The position numbers were made by a program, and so were the translations under genes. Positions 48,666 to 58,250 of a DNA stretch of 64,000 bases are shown in pieces (position 1 is the first letter of the stretch; every line of letters starts with the position of its first letter). Origin of the DNA: an uncultured Bacillota bacterium (lineage in GTDB: Bacteria; Bacillota; Clostridia; Christensenellales; UBA1242); NCBI GenBank assembly GCA_948465545.1, contig CAOJXO010000001.1, positions 95,728 through 159,727 on the forward strand, in the 5' to 3' direction. The notes beneath the pieces are model-generated. The model was not told the origin of the DNA. It did not search any database and saw only the letters and a program-made list of their open reading frames with translations.

Positions 48666-49964
48666 TTACATAATGCAAAAGACTGCATATAGTGGCACTG
48701 ACTTTATATTATTTTCAAAGCCAAAGTTTTTTGCTGAAATGCGGATTGCATAGGCTGGCTTAAATTGTTGCATATAAACCGCCAAACTTTTTGAGCGTGT
48801 ATTTTCACCAGATTTTACTTCAATCGGCACTACATCTTTATTAATGCGAGTTATAAAGTCAATTTCAGCATCAGATTTGCTTGTCCAATAGTATGCTGAA
48901 AGTTTGTTTACATCCAGCTGATTGAAAACATAATTCTCTGTCAATCCGCCTTTAAATTCAAAATTGTCATTGTCTAGAATAATATCGTCAAATTGGAGTT
49001 TCTGATTTGCACAGCATAATCCAACATCATTCATGTAAAATTTAAAATCATCCAGTGATTTAAAGGCATCAAGTGGAAGTTTAATTTGTTCAATCCTATA
49101 AAGTTGCTTTGCAATACCTGCCAAACACAGCCATTCAATTGCGTCTTCAAATTCTCTTGCTCTGCCACCACTTTTGATTAAGGAATATTTAAACTTTCTA
49201 TTTTCTTTTGCAAGTTGTGTAGTTATGTTTTTGTAAACAAGCCTCACTTTTGGGATCTCTGTGGCTTTGTTATATTTGCTCATATCATTGAAATAGGCTT
49301 GAAGAATTGTCTCTTGTTTAACTCTCACCAACTCATAATTACCAGTTTTCACAAATTCTTCAACAACCTCTGGCATTCCTCCGACAAACAAATAACTTTT
49401 ATATAAATCAATGGCTTCATTATGAAAAGGTCTTGCAAGTGGAGAGTTTTCCGCATAACATCTTTTAATTTCTTCAATTAAAACCTCATAGTTTTCATTT
49501 TGTGCAAGTAAAAATTCTTCAAAATCCATTGGTGCCATTGTCATAAATTGAACTTTCCCGACAGGGAATGAATAACTTCCTCTGTTTAGCGAAACTCCAA
49601 GCAAAGAACCCGTGGCAATTATATGATAATCATTTGCTTCTTCATTAAAATATTTTAATGAAGTCAATGCCTTTGGACAGCATTGAATTTCATCGAAAAT
49701 AATTAAAGTTTTTTCTTTGAAAATTTCTTTCTTTTTATGAGCACCAATCAACTTCAGAATCCTTGTTGGATCCAAGTTGTCAAAAAAATCTTTCAAACTT
49801 TCATCTTGCTCAAAATTGCAATAAACAGCATTGACATATTCTCGACTTCCGAACAAGTTCGTAATATAGGTTTTACCGACTTGTCGTGGTCCTTGTAAAA
49901 TCAAAGGCTTTCGATCTTCTGAATTTTTCCATTTTAATAAATCATTGTATATTTTTCTCTCCAT
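48666..49964 (-). CDS. AAA+ ATPase of the AAA_14/DUF4143 type
   Basis: Walker A (GPRQVGKT), Walker B (LIIFDEIQ), and a C-terminal restriction-endonuclease-like tail (EIDFI...PIEVK). Confidence 0.75.
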   Translation of the reverse strand: MERKIYNDLLKWKNSEDRKPLILQGPRQVGKTYITNLFGSREYVNAVYCNFEQDESLKDFFDNLDPTRILKLIGAHKKKEIFKEKTLIIFDEIQCCPKALTSLKYFNEEANDYHIIATGSLLGVSLNRGSYSFPVGKVQFMTMAPMDFEEFLLAQNENYEVLIEEIKRCYAENSPLARPFHNEAIDLYKSYLFVGGMPEVVEEFVKTGNYELVRVKQETILQAYFNDMSKYNKATEIPKVRLVYKNITTQLAKENRKFKYSLIKSGGRAREFEDAIEWLCLAGIAKQLYRIEQIKLPLDAFKSLDDFKFYMNDVGLCCANQKLQFDDIILDNDNFEFKGGLTENYVFNQLDVNKLSAYYWTSKSDAEIDFITRINKDVVPIEVKSGENTRSKSLAVYMQQFKPAYAIRISAKNFGFENNIKSVPLYAVFCIM

Positions 49965-50235
49965 TTTTTACTCCTCGTTTTAATAATAATATAGAAAAAC
50001 ACAAAAGTCAAGCAGAAATACCATTTTTTTGGAGATTGTCAAGGAGAAAAATTACACTTTTTTGGAGATAGTGCACATCTCAGCAATTAAAATGTCTTTC
50101 CCAACTTTAAAAATTCGCCAAAATGCTTCTATAGCCTTCTTAACCATTTTATATAGTTTTAGGCAGTCTCAAAACACTCAATTTACACTAAAAGGTGACT
50201 TTTGCAGTAAACTATTGTCAACTTTTTAAATTATG

Positions 50236-50247
50236 CTGACAGCAAAA
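50236..50247 (+). repeat. third copy of the TGACAGCAAA motif near attR
   Basis: CTGACAGCAAAA, ~80 bp inside the right element boundary. It matches the two left-end copies. Confidence 0.4.
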
Positions 50248-50325
50248 ACTATTTATTATTGCCAATTAAGTTTATTTTAGGCACTTATAGGAAAGAGAGT
50301 AAAATCTCTGCCAAATCAAACACTT

Positions 50326-50372
50326 CCCTGATAAGGTGGGGGTCGGTGGTTCGAGTCCACTCATCTCTACCA
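50326..50372 (+). pseudogene. 3' half of host tRNA-Ile(GAU) (attR side)
   Basis: CCCTGATAA-GGTGG-GGGTC-GGTGG-TTCGAGT-CCACT-CATCTCT-A-CCA. No 5' half precedes it. The acceptor arm matches the 5' fragment at 36328, not the element tRNA. Confidence 0.85.
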
Positions 50373-50384
50373 CTATATACAAAA

Positions 50385-50424
50385 CGCTATAAGCCTGAAA
50401 AATAAAGGCCTATAGCGATTTTTT
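50385..50424 (+). terminator. terminator of the original host tRNA-Ile gene
   Basis: CGCTATAAGCC...GGCCTATAGCG stem with one mismatch, followed by T6. Confidence 0.7.
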
Positions 50425-50530
50425 ATTTCTTAATCAATTTGTGAAATTTTACTCCGATTTAGCGTATTTTTGCCAAAGTGTGCCAAATGTGTGCCAAAAC
50501 TAAAATAAAAGAGAGATTTTTATCTCTCTT

Positions 50531-51358
50531 TTATTCTTTTCCAACAAATACAAAACCAAATGCGTTTGGCCCCCAATGACAAGCAATTGCAGGGTCAAGG
50601 TTGTCAAATACCTTCATTTGCTTTTTAAACTTTTCGTCTGTCATTGCTATCAACTTATCCACATTGCCTTTATTATAAGTGTATGAAGGGATAATTTCAT
50701 AGTTTTCATCACACTCAAACTCTTTTAAAGCATTTACAATATACACCATGCCATTTTTAAGTCCCATCTTCTTCGCAAGCACAGACACCTTTCCGTCCTT
50801 AAATCCTATGATAGGTTTTACATTAAGCATACTTCCAAGAAGCCAATCCATTTTTGAAAGTCTGCCACCACGAAGGAGATAGTTTAATGTTTCTGGAATA
50901 GCCATAATCTTTATTCTTGGTATTAGTGCGTTCACCTTCTCAACAATCTCATCAACAGACTTATCTCTATTTTTATTAATTTCGTCAACAAGAAGCCTTA
51001 TGCCTCCCACTGCCATTTTTGAATCAACCACCCTTACCTTTGGTTCATCTTTAAAAAGCATACTAATTGCATTGTGCGTGCCAGAAATTAAAGACGATAT
51101 AGTAAGGATAATAACATCATCACCCGCTTCAACACACTTATTTACCCTGTTTTGCACTTCATCTAAGTCTGGAAGTGAAGTTTTAGGAAATCCCTTTTCA
51201 TCAATAAGAAACTTATAAAACTCATCCATTTCAAGATTAATACCATCCAAATATTCTTTTTCACCTAAAAGAAGGTTGAGCGGAATAATCTCTACTTGAT
51301 ACTTTTCTTTTTCTTCTTGCTTTATACTACTGCCAGAATCTACAAACACCTTTAACAT
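50531..51358 (-). CDS. DegV-family fatty-acid-binding protein
   Basis: The start is MLKVFVDSGSS at 51358 with an AAAGGAGAAA RBS. The length and N-terminus are typical of DegV. Confidence 0.85.
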   Translation of the reverse strand: MLKVFVDSGSSIKQEEKEKYQVEIIPLNLLLGEKEYLDGINLEMDEFYKFLIDEKGFPKTSLPDLDEVQNRVNKCVEAGDDVIILTISSLISGTHNAISMLFKDEPKVRVVDSKMAVGGIRLLVDEINKNRDKSVDEIVEKVNALIPRIKIMAIPETLNYLLRGGRLSKMDWLLGSMLNVKPIIGFKDGKVSVLAKKMGLKNGMVYIVNALKEFECDENYEIIPSYTYNKGNVDKLIAMTDEKFKKQMKVFDNLDPAIACHWGPNAFGFVFVGKE

Positions 51359-51550
51359 AATTTCTCCTTTGGCATATATCAATATTTTATTTAATGTTCT
51401 ATCATTTCATTCCTATATTGATCTGCGTTTTCCGCTTCTGCTTATGACAAGTATATCAACAAACAGATTTTTAGTCAAGCAATAATTAACAAATAGATTT
51501 TTGTTGGTAAAATCAAATTTTCATGATATAATTACTAAAAAGGAGATAAT

Positions 51551-52426
51551 ATGAAAGGAATAATTCTTGCAGGCGGGCTTGGCTCTCGCCTATATCCAGC
51601 CACACTTAGCTGCACAAAACCAATCCTCCCAATCTATGATAAACCAATGATCTATTACCCACTTACCACCCTCATCCAAGCAGGAATAAAAGAGGTGCTG
51701 ATAATTAGCACCCCAACCGACCTACCTACATTTAAAAGACTTTTAGGTGACGGTTCAGCACTTGGAATGAAATTTTCTTATGCTGTGGAAGAAAAGCCAA
51801 GAGGAATCGCCCCCGCCTTCATTATTGGTGAAGAGTTTATTGGCAAGGACTCTGTATGCTTAATACTTAGTGATAACATTTTCCACGGCAAAAGCATGCC
51901 TGAAATGTTAAAGCAAAGTGCCCGTCTTAAAAAAGGGTGTGAACTTTATGCACTTAAAGTAGATAACCCTGAAAAATTTGGCGTTATATATGAAGAAAAG
52001 GGCAAGGTGGTAAGGATTGAAGAAAAACCACCTCACCCAACCTCAAACCTTGCACAAACAGGCTTATTCTTCTATGACAACAGCGTTGTTGAAGTTGCAA
52101 AAAACTTAAAGCCTTCTGCTAGAGGTGAATATGAAATAACCGACATAAACAACCACTATGTTAAAAAGGGAATCTGCAAAGTAAATAGACTTAAATCCGA
52201 TGTCGCATGGCTTGACACAGGCTCTCATGAGAGTTTATTTAAAGCCAGCCAATTTGTAAATTCTATTCAAACCACCACAAATGAATTTATCGCCTGCATT
52301 GAAGAAGAAGCATATAAAGCAGGCTTTATCGGTAAGGAAGCCTTACTATACGGAGCAGAAAAGAATAAATCCACCGCTTATGGTAAACATCTTAAGAAAC
52401 TTTATGACGAATTAGGAAACAAATAA
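51551..52426 (+). CDS. rfbA: glucose-1-phosphate thymidylyltransferase
   Basis: The MKGIILAGGLGSRLYPAT nucleotidyltransferase signature and RmlA-like sequence throughout. Confidence 0.92.
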   Translation: MKGIILAGGLGSRLYPATLSCTKPILPIYDKPMIYYPLTTLIQAGIKEVLIISTPTDLPTFKRLLGDGSALGMKFSYAVEEKPRGIAPAFIIGEEFIGKDSVCLILSDNIFHGKSMPEMLKQSARLKKGCELYALKVDNPEKFGVIYEEKGKVVRIEEKPPHPTSNLAQTGLFFYDNSVVEVAKNLKPSARGEYEITDINNHYVKKGICKVNRLKSDVAWLDTGSHESLFKASQFVNSIQTTTNEFIACIEEEAYKAGFIGKEALLYGAEKNKSTAYGKHLKKLYDELGNK

Positions 52427-52451
52427 AAAATCGCTGATTAAAGCGATTTTT

Positions 52452-53273
52452 TTATTTATTTTTTCTAATTTTTTCATGATGAAAAAATATTTTATGGCTA
52501 ATTTTATTCTTTTGACAATACTCCGAAATTTCTTTTTCCAAACTTTCCCAATATGAATTATCCCCTTTGTAATATATCTTTGAATATAAATTGAAAAGGT
52601 CTTTTCGCTTAGCATGAATATAATCCATAATTGTAAATTTGTAACTTCCCCTAAGGTTTAAATTCTCAAACCAGTACTCATCAACATATTCTTTTGTGCT
52701 TTCAACTATCGCTTTAAAATCGGTAATCTCTGGAAATATTGGCGACATAAACAGCACTGTTTTTATTCCATTTTCGTGAAGCACTTTCAATGTATTAATT
52801 CGCTCCGCAATCGTGCTTGCCCTATCCATCTCCGCCTTAAACTTTTCATCTAAAGTATTAATGGATATAGCAACAATTACATTTTTACATTCTTTCAATA
52901 TATCAATATCACGAAGCACTAAGGAGGACTTGGTTGTGATTGTAAGTTCGCAACTTGCATGCTTTAACTGCTCTAAAATTGCTCTTGTAGCCAAAGCCTT
53001 CTTTTCAAGCGGATTGTAACAATCTGTCACCGATGACATAAAAACACTTTTACCATCAATCTTTTTAAGGTTTATAGGTTTGTCACACTGCTTAACGTCA
53101 ATGAAATATCCCCAAGGCTCTTCATGCCCTGAAAACCTCTTCATGAAGCAGGCATAACAATACCTGCAAGCATGTAAACACCCTACATAAGGGTTTATCA
53201 CATAATCACTTGCAGGTAAGTTTGATTTTGTTAATAAATCTGCCGTTTTAACTTTGTTTACTTTTATATCCAT
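52452..53273 (-). CDS. radical SAM protein (SPL/DNA-photolyase-like family)
   Basis: CxxxCxxC cluster (CLHACRYC). Starting at MDIKVN (53273) avoids overlap with the VanZ gene. The RBS is weak. Confidence 0.7.
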   Translation of the reverse strand: MDIKVNKVKTADLLTKSNLPASDYVINPYVGCLHACRYCYACFMKRFSGHEEPWGYFIDVKQCDKPINLKKIDGKSVFMSSVTDCYNPLEKKALATRAILEQLKHASCELTITTKSSLVLRDIDILKECKNVIVAISINTLDEKFKAEMDRASTIAERINTLKVLHENGIKTVLFMSPIFPEITDFKAIVESTKEYVDEYWFENLNLRGSYKFTIMDYIHAKRKDLFNLYSKIYYKGDNSYWESLEKEISEYCQKNKISHKIFFHHEKIRKNK

Positions 53274-53277
53274 ACTT

Positions 53278-53811
53278 TTACTTTTGTTTGTATATTTTCT
53301 TTGATAACCCAACACATACTCTGCCAATAAAGCCACCTATGAAAAGACTTATCATATTGAAAATTGCATCTGATAATTGTACACTACGTGCAATAGGCAA
53401 AATGTATTGACTTAATTCTAAGATAAATCCGAATGCGAAGCCAAGATACCAACAAATAAGCACTGCTTTCAACACAGAAAGATGTCTAAAGAAATATCCT
53501 AAAATTATACCTAAAGGAATAAGCATTACAATGTTGATAATGGTATCCAGTAATTCTAAGTCCGCAAAAGTCCAGTTAACAACTTTACCACCAACACCAT
53601 GCGTAAAGTCAAAGCCAATAGTCACATTAGTTCTTGTTATACCTACATCACCAATAATAAAAACAACAAGGAGGGCTAAATATAAAATTAGAAACAAACT
53701 CATTATAAATGTTTTACCCTTGCCATTTTTTACAAACGACAAAACAAACAGTGGCAACGCCACAAACACAGCAATCCATATCCAAAAAACAAGACTTGTA
53801 CTAATACTCAT
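53278..53811 (-). CDS. VanZ-family membrane protein
   Basis: Multiple TM helices and the VanZ motif region (LELSQYILPIARSVQLSDAIFNMISLFIGG). Confidence 0.75.
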   Translation of the reverse strand: MSISTSLVFWIWIAVFVALPLFVLSFVKNGKGKTFIMSLFLILYLALLVVFIIGDVGITRTNVTIGFDFTHGVGGKVVNWTFADLELLDTIINIVMLIPLGIILGYFFRHLSVLKAVLICWYLGFAFGFILELSQYILPIARSVQLSDAIFNMISLFIGGFIGRVCVGLSKKIYKQK

Positions 53812-53904
53812 ATTTCTATTGTATACCTTTTAAAAAAATATTGCAAAGATTATTGCAATATTTTAATTTGATATCTCTATAAAAAAGACTCTTTTGTTTT
53901 CATT

Positions 53905-53987
<83 letters not shown>

Positions 53988-54040
53988 ACATCGCATCACT
54001 AGTATACTTTATTTGATTTCGTTTTGCAACTCTTTTAATT

Positions 54041-54068
54041 AAAAAGGTGCACCCCGTGCACCTTTTTT
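54041..54068 (-). terminator. terminator after spoIIE
   Basis: AAAGGTGCA-ccccg-TGCACCTTT with T-runs. Confidence 0.8.
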
Positions 54069-54071
54069 CAT

Positions 54072-56372
54072 CTACCCTTCAAACACTTTTACAACCATAC
54101 AGGTCATATCATCAACTGCATAACCATTATTGTTTGCAATAGCCTTCTCCACAATCTTATCTGCAAACTCTTGTGGATTAGAATTTCGTATCGACAGAAT
54201 AAAGTCTTTAAGTTCACCGTCGCTTCCAAAAGAATCACTAACGCCGTCGCTACACAACACAATCAAGTCTTTACCGCTTACCACAAGTTTCTTAGTAAGT
54301 GCGTTCACATTATTCAGCACCCCTATAGGAAGTGCCCCACCTTCAACAATCTTGCACTCCTCTTCACTGCGGATATATGTAGACGGAGAGCCCATTTTAA
54401 TAAGGTCAACGAGTCCACTTCGCAAATCCACAACACAAATATCAAGGGTAGAGAATATCTCATCTTTCTCAAGATTAAGCAGTTTATTCACGCTAGATAA
54501 GATTATCTCATTATCAAACCCTGCCTTATAGAAGTTTTCAATAAGACCAATCGCCGTATCACTCTTCTCGTTTGCCTTAGTGCCAGAGCCCATTCCGTCA
54601 CAAAGTGCAAACATAAACTTATCGCCGTCAAGCCTTAACACGCTATGATTATCCCCCGACACGCTTGAACCCGATTTAGTTTTATTAGAGAGTCCAAATA
54701 TACAATCAAACCTAGGTGCTGTTTTAAGGTTTACCGTTTTAAGCCCAGCACGTGACGCAGGATAAATTTCGTAAGGGGTCATTTTGTTTCCACAGACCTT
54801 ACTTACCGTTTGTTGAAGTTTCACCCTATCCACATCTTCATCACGCACAATTAAAGAGGCCATCATTGTACGGGCATCTTTTTCATACACAACCGCATCG
54901 GTACAAACAATATTATTGTAAGCAAGTTCATCAATTATCTTTCCCTCCCTTGTTGAGTCAAAGGAAACCATAGCATCAACCTCACTTGCCAGTCCTTTCA
55001 TAATGCTTGATATTCCACCTAATTGGTCGGCAATAAGCATCTTGCTGGTATCCACATTCCCCACCAAGTTTGCATAATTTTTGTACTGACTGGTAAGGGT
55101 ATTTATCTCACTGATAAGATTGTTAGTTTTGCCACAGCGTGAGGTTAGATAACTTGGAATGTCAAGAAGAGTAATCTTACCTTTTTCTATTGAAATCTGA
55201 ATCAACTCTTCAAACATCTTTTTCGTATCATCAGAGAATGTGCGGTGGCAATGTTTATATTCAGGACACCCTTTACAGATTTGCCCCCTGACCTCTTCAA
55301 AAAGCATATCCTTCACTTCGTCCTCAGACATGTTTTGTTTGATAAGTTTTTTGAATACCTCATTCATATCACAAAAAACTTCCGATAGATTGCTAAGGCG
55401 TCTATGTAAAACTTCACGATTACGATTTACCACATTTTTCATTGCAAGCCTATCTGATGTGGTTGAAAGAAGCACAGCCACCTGATCGTACCATGCCTTT
55501 GGTAACAAGAAAAATATCGCTGCCCCGAGTATCACTGGCAAAAAGTCAAGCCAAATAAAATTGTAGTAAAGGGTAAAATAGTATCCACTTACAAGTTCTG
55601 CTATTATAATGGCGAGGCTTGGAAAAATCCTGTTTCTTGTCCTAAAACAACTTATCGCAAGCGACCAAAGTATGAACGGTGCAACATATACAGCATTATT
55701 TGTGCCAAGCATTGTGCCAAGCCCTAGCACCCCTGCCACCAAACAGGCATTATACCCTTTTGTGGTATAGGATACTGCAAGCAAAATAAAAGCAACAAAA
55801 AGTTTTAAACAAGAAAAACCAAAGAACGAAAACCCTGACAGCCCATCACTAAAAATAAGAAGGAGTATCGCACCACAGATAAGTTCTAGACTTGTAAGTT
55901 TATATGCGAAGCCACGAACAATCAAAGGCTCAAAAATATTAACAATTGCATACAAGAAAAGAATGGAAATTATCACTTGTGCGATGATAAGCAGTGGGTG
56001 CAATCCGCCTAACGCTTGAAACACAATGTTGGCACTCTGGCCGATAACAGCATAAATACCAAGTTCATACTTTCGCATATTCTTTTTACAAAGCACATGG
56101 ATATAATAAGGAAGTGCACAAAGAAGCACCATGGCAAGTGCAGAAATTATATTCTCAAAATTTATACTACAAGCAACTGCGGCTAAAATGTAGGCTGGAC
56201 AAACAAGCCATACTTTCTGATTTGCCCAAACAAGGGAAAACATCATTCCTATTGCAAACGGATAAATTGCCCCGCCAACGCTTGCGTGTTGTAGAACAAA
56301 AAACAAAACAAAATAAATTGCAAGTGCAATAACATATCTAAGGTATTTGTTAATTCTTATAAACTTTTCCAT
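54072..56372 (-). CDS. spoIIE: stage II sporulation protein E (PP2C phosphatase with polytopic membrane domain)
   Basis: 766 aa. The N-terminal ~300 aa hold about 10 TM helices. The C-terminal PP2C-type domain reads GDNHSVL...LCDGMGSG...LCSDGVSD. Confidence 0.9.
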   Translation of the reverse strand: MEKFIRINKYLRYVIALAIYFVLFFVLQHASVGGAIYPFAIGMMFSLVWANQKVWLVCPAYILAAVACSINFENIISALAMVLLCALPYYIHVLCKKNMRKYELGIYAVIGQSANIVFQALGGLHPLLIIAQVIISILFLYAIVNIFEPLIVRGFAYKLTSLELICGAILLLIFSDGLSGFSFFGFSCLKLFVAFILLAVSYTTKGYNACLVAGVLGLGTMLGTNNAVYVAPFILWSLAISCFRTRNRIFPSLAIIIAELVSGYYFTLYYNFIWLDFLPVILGAAIFFLLPKAWYDQVAVLLSTTSDRLAMKNVVNRNREVLHRRLSNLSEVFCDMNEVFKKLIKQNMSEDEVKDMLFEEVRGQICKGCPEYKHCHRTFSDDTKKMFEELIQISIEKGKITLLDIPSYLTSRCGKTNNLISEINTLTSQYKNYANLVGNVDTSKMLIADQLGGISSIMKGLASEVDAMVSFDSTREGKIIDELAYNNIVCTDAVVYEKDARTMMASLIVRDEDVDRVKLQQTVSKVCGNKMTPYEIYPASRAGLKTVNLKTAPRFDCIFGLSNKTKSGSSVSGDNHSVLRLDGDKFMFALCDGMGSGTKANEKSDTAIGLIENFYKAGFDNEIILSSVNKLLNLEKDEIFSTLDICVVDLRSGLVDLIKMGSPSTYIRSEEECKIVEGGALPIGVLNNVNALTKKLVVSGKDLIVLCSDGVSDSFGSDGELKDFILSIRNSNPQEFADKIVEKAIANNNGYAVDDMTCMVVKVFEG

Positions 56373-56470
56373 AACAACATTATAAGTTGTTTAAGATTAC
56401 CCGCCCTTGTATTTTCATGTTTAATAATTAGCGAATTTTAAGAATTTTGTCATATTAAAAAACAAGGCAT

Positions 56471-57016
56471 CTACTCACCTTGTTTTGAAATAAACTCTTT
56501 TATTGTATCTATCGTTTTTTGCATATCTAGGTTTTCTATGACAAGATCGTATTCATCCTTATATTGTCTTTCCATTACACCACGTGAAAGTCTTATCTTT
56601 GCCCTTTCTTCACTTTCACCTCTTTTAATTAGCCTTTGATACAAAACTTCATCAGGGGCATCTAAAAAGATTGAGGTGACTTTAACCTTTCCGTTAAAAT
56701 ATTCTCTTAGTTTGCGATTGCCATGCACCTCAATGTCCTTTATATAGATATTTTGTGGATTGTTTATTAACTTTTCAAGTTCACTATATTGAGTTGCATA
56801 CCAATAACCATGAGTGAACTCTGTTTCAAAAAATGCACCTTCCTCTTTTTTACGCAAAAACTCCTCTTCGCTCATAAAGTCATAGATGGTCTCGCCTTCA
56901 CGCCTTGGACGAGTGGTTGCCGACCTAAAAAAATACATATTATCATACTGTTCAATCAACTTTTGGATAATAGTGTTTTTACCCACACCAGAAACACCAG
57001 ACATAATAATAACCAT
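56471..57016 (-). CDS. guanylate kinase-family protein
   Basis: P-loop (GVSGVGKNT), SATTRPRREGE, and the HGYWYAT region, which parallel Gmk motifs. Confidence 0.7.
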   Translation of the reverse strand: MVIIMSGVSGVGKNTIIQKLIEQYDNMYFFRSATTRPRREGETIYDFMSEEEFLRKKEEGAFFETEFTHGYWYATQYSELEKLINNPQNIYIKDIEVHGNRKLREYFNGKVKVTSIFLDAPDEVLYQRLIKRGESEERAKIRLSRGVMERQYKDEYDLVIENLDMQKTIDTIKEFISKQGE

Positions 57017-57080
57017 ATTTCACCTCTCAACAAAGAGGATAGCAAATTTAAAAAACTTTGTAAAACAAAAAACACAAAAC

Positions 57081-58097
57081 TTAACGTTTTGTGTTTTTAT
57101 TTTCAAAATTCCAACTGGTTTTACACATATCTTCAAGGTCACGTTCAGCCTTCCATCCCATTTCCTTATATGCTTTATCTGCATTTGCATAACAAATATC
57201 AATATCTCCAGGTCGTCGTGGAGCAATCTTATACTTAACCTTACCACCACATACCTTGTTGTAAGCATTAACAATATCAAGTACAGAATAACCGACTCCA
57301 GTTCCAAGATTATAAATCTTTAACCCACAATTAGTTTTAAGTTTGTTAAGAGCCTTTAAATGTCCTTTTGCAAGGTCGACAACATGAATATAATCTCTAA
57401 CGCCCGTACCGTCATGGGTGTCATAATCATTTCCAAACACACTTAAACATTCAAGTTTACCTGTTGCCACCTTTGAAATATAAGGCATAAGATTATTTGG
57501 AATACCGTTAGGATCTTCCCCAATAAGTCCACTATCATGTGCCCCTATAGGATTAAAGTATCTTAAAATTGCAATATTGTAAGAATTATCACTTAAATAC
57601 AAATCTTTCAATATTTGCTCAATAAACAATTTAGTTTGCCCGTAAGGATTGGTTGCACCGATTTCAAAATCCTCATATATAGGCATAGACTTTGCCCTGC
57701 CGTATACTGTCGCTGAAGAACTAAACACAAAATTTTTCACATTAAAATGCTTCATTGTATTAAGTAACACAAGAGTTGAAGTCAGGTTATTATCATAATA
57801 CTCTACAGGTTTTTGTACTGATTCCCCCACAGCCTTTAACCCAGCAAAATGTATAACAGAATCAATATGTTCCTCTGTAAAAATCTTGTCTAATATTTTT
57901 TTGTCCCTAACATCACCTATATACACCTTTAAATTTTCTGCACACCTGCTTCCGACAATCTTCTTTATCTTGTCAGCAACATCAATATTACTGTTAGAAA
58001 GATTATCAATAACAACCACCTGTTTACCATCTTCCAAAAGTTCAACTGCGGTATGCGAACCAATATATCCCAGTCCACCAGTCAATAATACACTCAT
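57081..58097 (-). CDS. galE: UDP-glucose 4-epimerase
   Basis: GGLGYIGSH Rossmann motif, the YGQTK catalytic motif, 338 aa. Confidence 0.93.
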   Translation of the reverse strand: MSVLLTGGLGYIGSHTAVELLEDGKQVVVIDNLSNSNIDVADKIKKIVGSRCAENLKVYIGDVRDKKILDKIFTEEHIDSVIHFAGLKAVGESVQKPVEYYDNNLTSTLVLLNTMKHFNVKNFVFSSSATVYGRAKSMPIYEDFEIGATNPYGQTKLFIEQILKDLYLSDNSYNIAILRYFNPIGAHDSGLIGEDPNGIPNNLMPYISKVATGKLECLSVFGNDYDTHDGTGVRDYIHVVDLAKGHLKALNKLKTNCGLKIYNLGTGVGYSVLDIVNAYNKVCGGKVKYKIAPRRPGDIDICYANADKAYKEMGWKAERDLEDMCKTSWNFENKNTKR

Positions 58098-58250
58098 ATT
58101 TTCCTCCTAAATATACTTCAATTATACATAAAAAAATATGGTTTGGAAAGCAAACTAATAAAAATAACAAAATTTACCTCTAAAAACTATATTTTTTTTA
58201 CTAAATGTAAGCGTTTTTAATTTGCTAAATACATGCACTAATAATATTTT

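Larger units (their letters stand above)
36358..50334. mobile_element. ~14-kb integrative mobilizable element inserted in tRNA-Ile
   Basis: A 9-bp direct repeat CCCTGATAA lies at 36358-36366 and 50326-50334, at the break points of the two tRNA halves. A tyrosine integrase and excisionase sit next to attL. A relaxase and an RHH accessory gene are present. There is no T4SS, coupling-protein, capsid or terminase gene. Confidence 0.85.

Noticed and set aside
36358-50334. Interpretation of the inserted element as a prophage
   Set aside because: There are no terminase, portal, capsid, tail or lysis genes in the 14 kb. A relaxase and an RHH accessory gene point instead to an integrative mobilizable element.
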